Below, one piece after another: positions 35,601-41,081 of a stretch of DNA of 41,081 nucleotides. Numbering within the stretch: the stretch's first letter is position 1; every line of letters begins with the position of its first letter. The notes under the pieces are model-generated. The model did no database searches. It saw only the letters and a program-made list of their open reading frames with translations, and was not told the origin of the DNA. The stretch lies in assembly GCA_043822165.1 (NCBI GenBank), contig JBDRCA010000012.1, forward strand, positions 1 to 41,081, read 5' to 3'. A program made the position numbers and the translations under genes. This stretch comes from Candidatus Altiarchaeota archaeon. Its GTDB lineage: Archaea; Altiarchaeota; Altiarchaeia; IMC4; SCGC-AAA252-I15.

Positions 35601-35771
35601 TCTAACAAAAATGAAATATGGGTGGTTGGAAGTATCTCTAAATCAGAATTATTCTCCAGTTTCAGATATTCTGCTCTACTCACCACAAAAATCTTTCTCA
35701 AGAAAAAACCTAACCGAAACGTTCTCTACTCAAAAAAAATATTCGAATAAAATGGAGGTTGCATAAAAAAA

Positions 35772-38700
35772 ATGGAACAGAAAAAAACAGGACATATAAG
35801 AAATTGGTTTGGAAGCCATTTAACGGCACTGAACTCCCAGAAAGGAACTTTATTCAAAAGCCCGACAACACTACTAACGCTCACAATACTTATGTTACTC
35901 GTAGCCTCCATTAGCGTAAGCCATGTAATCGCTTTAATCCAGCCCACCGTCTCGACCGACAAGGCGGACTACGCGCCAGGCGAAACAGTCCTCATAAGCG
36001 GGGAAGGTTTCGCATACGATGCGCCCATGATGATGTCGATTGAAAGACCAGACGGTGAAACAGAGTCATGCGACGTAACCTCCTGTAATGCAAGATTCCT
36101 TGACGGTCCGTTAACCTCCGATGCAACCGGCTCGTTCTCAGACTACCCCTACCTCCTAAACGGAATCGAAGGCGAATACACAATAACCGCCTCAGACGGC
36201 ATAAACGATGCAACAGCAACATTCACTGACATAATAACCCCCTGCCCTACCGCGTGTACAAATGCAGGGTATGCAATAAGTTCTTGCGTACAAAGTCCAG
36301 GAGTCTGCACCACCGGTGGCGGGGTTACAGTAGTTGCAGGGAATGGTGGATGTAATCAAGCCACAGGAGGGGGATCAGGAACATGCTGCTGCGGTGCTGC
36401 AGTATCCCACGACCCGCACGCCGAGTGCGTCAACAACCAGTGCGTTGAGGTGGCGGGCTCTGGAATAGACCAGTGTTATGATACCCTAGACTGTGGAGGA
36501 ACAACAACAAGTTCAACCACAACCTCGACTACAACACTCCTAGAAACCACAACCTCGACCACAACAACTCTATACGCGAGACCCTGCGATAGCCCCACCG
36601 ACTTGTGCAGTTGGGTAACCGACGGCAACCCCGACAACGGCCTCCCGCTCGGCTCTCCCGACAACTCCGGCTGCGGATTATCATACAACACATTCTGGGC
36701 TCTCGACACCCAAGCCACCGCAACCTGCACGTTCGACGGAACTGGCCTCGGCGGCGCAGACCTCTACATCTCAATTGACAACGACGTCGTAAGCTGCACA
36801 CTCAACACCGTGAGCATATTCTCCATTTCCCATGAGGGTTGTGCGGCAGTCGACCCGCGCACCATCGGAGGAGGCGTGGGGCAGGGATACCAAGTCCCGC
36901 TCACTGGCCTCAACTCCGGCACAAACACTATCGTATGTACTGTAAACGACCGCGGCACGATGAGTCACTTCGACGCCTGCGTGATTGGAACAGAATGCAC
37001 TACTGCTGCTGACTGCGACGACAGCGACGACTGCACAACCGAATCATGCGTTGAAGGAAGCTGCACACACGGAAATGCAGTGCAAGGAACCGAATGCGGT
37101 GAGGCACGTAATTGCCCTGAAGACGATTGTAACGGATTCTTTGCTGAATTCTATCCAGATGACGGCCACGACACCTGCGACGGCCAAGGAAATTGCGTGC
37201 AATACTCCTGCGCAATGGAGGATTCATACTGCACCGACAACGATGACGCGGACGGTGTAAACACTCTAACGTGCGGTGCAGAATGCGACCAAAACAGCGA
37301 CTGCCAAGCAAAAATAGAAAGCGACACATGCTACTATGATGGGTCATGCGACCTACAAACCGATTGCGCATGCGACTATTCAAACGAACCCTGCCCCGAA
37401 GCAGGTACAATAATCGGTGACGACTGCTACTATGGAACCAGGAACTGTGTAAATTCAGAGAGTCCAGGCGGCTGTACTTTAAATGTTGATCCAATGGGCT
37501 GCTACGACACATGCGACCCAGTTTTAGGGCCAATCGACACCATAGGTCCGGTAACATCAAACCTGGATGTCGACCCCAACCCAAACAACGGTTTGTTCGA
37601 CATCACGGCGACGGCAACAGACTCCTGCACAAACATTGATAAAGCAGAATACTTTGCTGGCGACGCCGTAATCCCGTGCGGGCCAGAGGGTACAGGAATC
37701 TCGATGGATGCCTCAGACGGCAACTTCGACGCACTCATCGAAGACGTGGAAAAATACTTCTCAAGCGCAATAACAGACGGCTCAAACGTCGTTTGGGTGC
37801 GCTCGCATGATGCCGCAGGAAACTGGGGTAACTGCATACCCTTCTATTTTGAGACAGACCGGATTCCGCCGGAGCGCGTGTTCGACTATTGTATCGACGG
37901 CAACTGCCCGCCAGACGAGTATCTGATGTGCGGAAACGACGGCACATTAACTGTGACAGTTTGTGACAGCGAATCCAACCTGCAGGGCGGCGAATACTTC
38001 ATCGACATGAATATCCCTCCCCAGAATATACCCGCACCGTGGAGTGGTTTCTGGCTAAACATAACCAACAACTACATCGACAAAATCGGCTGGCACTGCT
38101 CTGATCTTACTGGTCCGTTGCATCTCGGAAACCTTTCTGAGGGGACGCACTACATAAACCAGATTCGCGGCAAAGACACCGTCGAAAACTGGGGTAAAAT
38201 CTACAACCAAAACCTCGGCATGTCGTTCATCAAGGACACGACCGAACCCGCAACTGACAAACAGCTTAACCCGCAGGACAGTGCGAGCGTCGTATGCGAC
38301 ATCACGGAAGCAAACGGCGAGACGATAACCAACGGCTGCTACTACGTCAAACAGTGGACGACGATCGTCTTAAACGCTTCTGACCCAGACCCCCAGCAGA
38401 CTGGTGAGTTCGCAGGAAACGTCATCATCAAATACATAGTGTACTGGAAGAATGATGACTGCGATAGCGCTAGTGGTTGGACAATCGACCAGCAGGGTCA
38501 AAGCAATGTAGATGAGTCAGTTACTATCACCTTGACCGAAGACAGCTGCCACCTCGTCGAGTACTGGGCTGAGGATCTCTGCGACAACGAAGAGGAGCAC
38601 CACTTCGAGCTTGACATCGTCGATACGGCGGCCCCTGAAATAACCAAAGAGGTTGTCGGCGACCAGGTGGACGGCAACGGAAACCCAATCCACAAGTACA

Positions 38701-41081
38701 TCAACGACGAAACACAAGTCATCCTTACATGCGAGGATGTGATGCCTCACCCGGTTGACGACGTAACCCTCTACTGGGAGCACTACTACGCTGCAGACGC
38801 TGACTGTGTTGTATCCGATTGGGGCACGCCTTTGGAAACCGGTTCAGAGAATAGTCAGAGTGATCCTGTCACTAAGACATTCACCGGGCTCGAGGATAGC
38901 TGCCACAAATTCGTGTACTGGTGTGAAGACGCCTTAGGCAACACTTTCGGCCCGATTGAGGAAATAGATGCGGTAGACAACACACCGCCCGAACTCAACA
39001 AGGACATAGGAACGCCGATATACGTTGACGGCGAGGAAGTCTACATCTCGCTTGCGACCCCGATAACACTTACGTGCGTGGACAGAGGAAACCACCCTGT
39101 CGACGACGTCACAATCTACTGGAGGTGGATCGTCAACGACGTGCCGCAGAGTGAGGAATCAATCAACGCCGAGAGTGTTGTCCTACACGCCAGCGAAGAC
39201 TGCTATCACACACTCGAGTACTGGTGCGAGGACTCGCTCGGAAACCTAGTCGAGAAAATCGAATACGATATAGTTGACGCAAAAGCCCCGATTTCATCTA
39301 GCGAGGTCGTCGGCCCGCAGTACGAGAATGATAGCAAGTTGTACATAGACGGCGTTACTAATGTCGCATTGTCGTGTGAAGACCAGATGCCACACCCAAG
39401 CGGCGTCAAGAAAATCGAGTACCGGTACTTCATAAACGACACAATCCTGGTTCAGGATTGGACTACCTATGCGAATCCGTTCAGTTTCCCTGAGGAGTCG
39501 CATCACACGCTAGAGTATCGTTGCATAGATAACGTTGACAACGTGGAGATCGCGAACGTCAGAGAATACTACGTCGATCATACACCACCGACGACAACGA
39601 AAATATATGGCACACCATTCTACATAAACGGTAGCTTAGAGTGGGCTAGCTCCCTCACGGAGATTACCTTAACGGCGGACGACGGCACAAGCGAGCATGC
39701 GTCTGGTGTACAGTACACCATGTATCGCGTGACTCTCGTCGACGACAGCAACTGTTACGCAAGCTGTGTTGCGGAAGGAAGCGGTGGGTTCAACACCTAT
39801 TCCGTGCCGTTCACGATCGGCGAGGATTCATGTCACCTGATTGAGTTCTACAGTGTTGACAACGTCGAGAAAACCGAGCAGACGAAGAAGCAGTGCGTAT
39901 TCATCGACAACAAGCCGCCTGAATCCTCAAGCGAGGTTTTAGGCCCACAGTATGATGACGGACAAAAGCTGTACATCGACGGCGTAACCGAGATTCAGTT
40001 GTCGTGCGAAGACCAATTGCCTCACCCCAGTGGAGTACAGTATATTGCATACAAGTACTCTGTTGACGGTAGTCCGATTCAAGACTGGACGACATACACT
40101 GGCCCGTTCAGCTTCCCTGAGGAGTCACACCATGTACTAGAGTACCGGTGCGTCGACAACGTCGACAACATGGAGACTGCGAACGTCAGAGAATACTACG
40201 TTGACCACACAAAGCCTGTGACGACAAAAACCTACGGCACTCCATACGTGACCGACGGAATCTCTGAGTGGATTACCTCACAGACACCAGTAACTCTTAC
40301 GGCCGACGACGGCAGTGAGAACCATGACAGCGGCGTAGCGACAACATACTACCGTGTGACTCTCGTCGCCGACAGCAACTGTTACACAAGCTGTGTGGAT
40401 GCAGGAACCGGTGGGTTCAACACATATTCCGTGCCGTTCACAATCGGCGAGGACTCATGTCACCTAATCGAGTTCTACAGCGTCGACCGCGTGAATAAGA
40501 CCGAGCAGACTAAGAGACAGTGCACGTTCGTCGACAACACCAAGCCCGCCACATCAAAGACTGTGAGCGAGCCTAAGGTTTCTGGCACCGGCGGAATAGA
40601 CTACTACATCACAGCGGACACTGTGATTGAGTTGTCCTGCGCCGACCAGATGCCGCACCCGGTAGATGACGTTACACTATATTGGGCGGTATACTACAAC
40701 ACAGAATGCATTGACTCGCAGTCTGAGGCTTGGAGCCTTATTGACAGCGGAAAGACCGACGGCGTAAAGACTATAACTGGCCTTTCGGACAGCTGCCACA
40801 AAATCTCGTACTTCTGCGTTGACGCCCTCGGAAACACCGAAGTCGAGCATGTCGAGATTGACGCGGTAGACAACACGCCGCCGGCATCAGTAAAGACAGT
40901 CGGCGACCCGAAGGTCGACAAAGACGACCAGTACGACTACTACATAACACAGCAGACTAACATAACAATTGATTGCAGTGACCCTGCTCCGCATCCGGTT
41001 GATGATGTTACAATCCACTGGGTTATTTCCGGCCCGGGCGGAGGCACATACAGTGATAACAGCGCTTCGGTGACGTTCACT
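35772..41081 (+). CDS. Giant Cys-rich cell-surface protein with N-terminal signal anchor, Thr linker, Cys/Asp-rich region and at least 9 Ig-like (OmpL47/Big-like) modules; 5' part only (1770 codons, no stop before the window end)
   Basis: Absent from the ORF track because it never terminates. Hand translation from ATG 35772 stays open to 41081. An in-frame TAA lies at 35748 and GGAGGT at 35754-35759, 12 nt upstream of the ATG. The span is 5310 nt, exactly 1770 codons. N-terminus: MEQKKTGHIRNWFGSHLTALNSQKGTLFKSPTTLLTLTILMLLVASISVSHVIALI. Only short shadow ORFs exist on the other strand. Confidence 0.88.
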   Translation, partial: MEQKKTGHIRNWFGSHLTALNSQKGTLFKSPTTLLTLTILMLLVASISVSHVIALIQPTVSTDKADYAPGETVLISGEGFAYDAPMMMSIERPDGETESCDVTSCNARFLDGPLTSDATGSFSDYPYLLNGIEGEYTITASDGINDATATFTDIITPCPTACTNAGYAISSCVQSPGVCTTGGGVTVVAGNGGCNQATGGGSGTCCCGAAVSHDPHAECVNNQCVEVAGSGIDQCYDTLDCGGTTTSSTTTSTTTLLETTTSTTTTLYARPCDSPTDLCSWVTDGNPDNGLPLGSPDNSGCGLSYNTFWALDTQATATCTFDGTGLGGADLYISIDNDVVSCTLNTVSIFSISHEGCAAVDPRTIGGGVGQGYQVPLTGLNSGTNTIVCTVNDRGTMSHFDACVIGTECTTAADCDDSDDCTTESCVEGSCTHGNAVQGTECGEARNCPEDDCNGFFAEFYPDDGHDTCDGQGNCVQYSCAMEDSYCTDNDDADGVNTLTCGAECDQNSDCQAKIESDTCYYDGSCDLQTDCACDYSNEPCPEAGTIIGDDCYYGTRNCVNSESPGGCTLNVDPMGCYDTCDPVLGPIDTIGPVTSNLDVDPNPNNGLFDITATATDSCTNIDKAEYFAGDAVIPCGPEGTGISMDASDGNFDALIEDVEKYFSSAITDGSNVVWVRSHDAAGNWGNCIPFYFETDRIPPERVFDYCIDGNCPPDEYLMCGNDGTLTVTVCDSESNLQGGEYFIDMNIPPQNIPAPWSGFWLNITNNYIDKIGWHCSDLTGPLHLGNLSEGTHYINQIRGKDTVENWGKIYNQNLGMSFIKDTTEPATDKQLNPQDSASVVCDITEANGETITNGCYYVKQWTTIVLNASDPDPQQTGEFAGNVIIKYIVYWKNDDCDSASGWTIDQQGQSNVDESVTITLTEDSCHLVEYWAEDLCDNEEEHHFELDIVDTAAPEITKEVVGDQVDGNGNPIHKYINDETQVILTCEDVMPHPVDDVTLYWEHYYAADADCVVSDWGTPLETGSENSQSDPVTKTFTGLEDSCHKFVYWCEDALGNTFGPIEEIDAVDNTPPELNKDIGTPIYVDGEEVYISLATPITLTCVDRGNHPVDDVTIYWRWIVNDVPQSEESINAESVVLHASEDCYHTLEYWCEDSLGNLVEKIEYDIVDAKAPISSSEVVGPQYENDSKLYIDGVTNVALSCEDQMPHPSGVKKIEYRYFINDTILVQDWTTYANPFSFPEESHHTLEYRCIDNVDNVEIANVREYYVDHTPPTTTKIYGTPFYINGSLEWASSLTEITLTADDGTSEHASGVQYTMYRVTLVDDSNCYASCVAEGSGGFNTYSVPFTIGEDSCHLIEFYSVDNVEKTEQTKKQCVFIDNKPPESSSEVLGPQYDDGQKLYIDGVTEIQLSCEDQLPHPSGVQYIAYKYSVDGSPIQDWTTYTGPFSFPEESHHVLEYRCVDNVDNMETANVREYYVDHTKPVTTKTYGTPYVTDGISEWITSQTPVTLTADDGSENHDSGVATTYYRVTLVADSNCYTSCVDAGTGGFNTYSVPFTIGEDSCHLIEFYSVDRVNKTEQTKRQCTFVDNTKPATSKTVSEPKVSGTGGIDYYITADTVIELSCADQMPHPVDDVTLYWAVYYNTECIDSQSEAWSLIDSGKTDGVKTITGLSDSCHKISYFCVDALGNTEVEHVEIDAVDNTPPASVKTVGDPKVDKDDQYDYYITQQTNITIDCSDPAPHPVDDVTIHWVISGPGGGTYSDNSASVTFT
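39301..40560 (+). repeat. Tandem duplication of a 630-nt (210-codon) two-module unit inside the giant gene
   Basis: Copy 1 (39301-39930) and copy 2 (39931-40560) align colinearly. Examples: SEVVGPQYENDSKLYIDGVT.. versus SEVLGPQYDDGQKLYIDGVT.. and ..GGFNTYSVPFTIGEDSCHLIEFYSVD.. in both. Long identical nucleotide runs include GCGAACGTCAGAGAATACTACGT and TATTCCGTGCCGTTCAC. Confidence 0.85.

Noticed and set aside
35542-35766. 74-aa TTG-start ORF (or 51 aa from ATG 35611) in the leader of the giant gene.
   Set aside because: Low-complexity, AT-driven translation with no RBS-like element, ending just before the real start. More likely untranslated leader or regulatory DNA.
39301-40560. Tandem repeat pair as the template/variable repeats of a diversity-generating retroelement.
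   Set aside because: Differences between the copies are spread over all four bases and include indels rather than adenine-specific substitutions. No reverse transcriptase gene is present in the window.
35726-40921. Series of 60-194-aa minus-strand ORFs (for example 37000..37584, 37502..37837, 36529..36801) listed where the giant gene lies.
   Set aside because: All are short, Arg/Cys/Leu-rich shadows opposite one uninterrupted 1770-codon + frame that has a clear repeat and domain structure.

Overview
Archaeal chromosomal window, roughly 50% GC by eye and very tightly packed. Archaeal identity rests on MCM, FtsZ, ribosomal proteins S17e and L40e, Sec61-beta, an SRP (7S) RNA, an initiator tRNA with A1:U72, and the HMG-CoA synthase / thiolase / DUF35 mevalonate trio. 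Lineage is unresolved; a small-genome uncultivated (DPANN-like) archaeon is only a guess, based on compaction and giant surface proteins.

Layout:
- 1-6.3 kb: six-gene minus-strand glycan-assembly operon (flippase fragment, GT4, AsnB-like amidotransferase, GT4, NAD-epimerase, dolichyl-P HexNAc-1-P transferase-like).
- 6.3-22.7 kb: housekeeping genes. These are tRNA-Gly, SppA, S17e, L40e / OB-fold / Cas4-like operon, a block of unknown genes, tRNA-iMet, MCM-presenilin homolog, HAD, the HTH + mevalonate operon, an orphan histidine kinase, FtsZ, SRP RNA and Sec61-beta.
- 22.8-41.1 kb: accessory cell-surface locus. It holds two adjacent, very sequon-rich secreted zinc metalloproteases (1028 and 1454 aa). 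They share internal modules and a terminal LGWNLISLP motif; the larger is M6 + lamin-tail domain + 8-blade PQQ-like propeller. A small basic protein plus Cys-rich membrane protein pair lies convergent to them. After three housekeeping genes comes an Lrp/AsnC regulator, then a 514-bp AT-rich palindrome-dense control region. A giant Cys-rich, Ig-like-repeat surface protein gene starts at 35772 and is still open after 1770 codons at the window edge.

Three genes are absent from the supplied ORF track: the giant gene, a left-edge flippase fragment and a 54-aa Sec61-beta gene. The HMG-CoA synthase gene carries an apparent 1-nt frameshift in an A-run.

The best candidate for an undescribed system is the surface locus at 22.8-41.1 kb. 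No CRISPR array, transposase, integrase or rRNA was seen.
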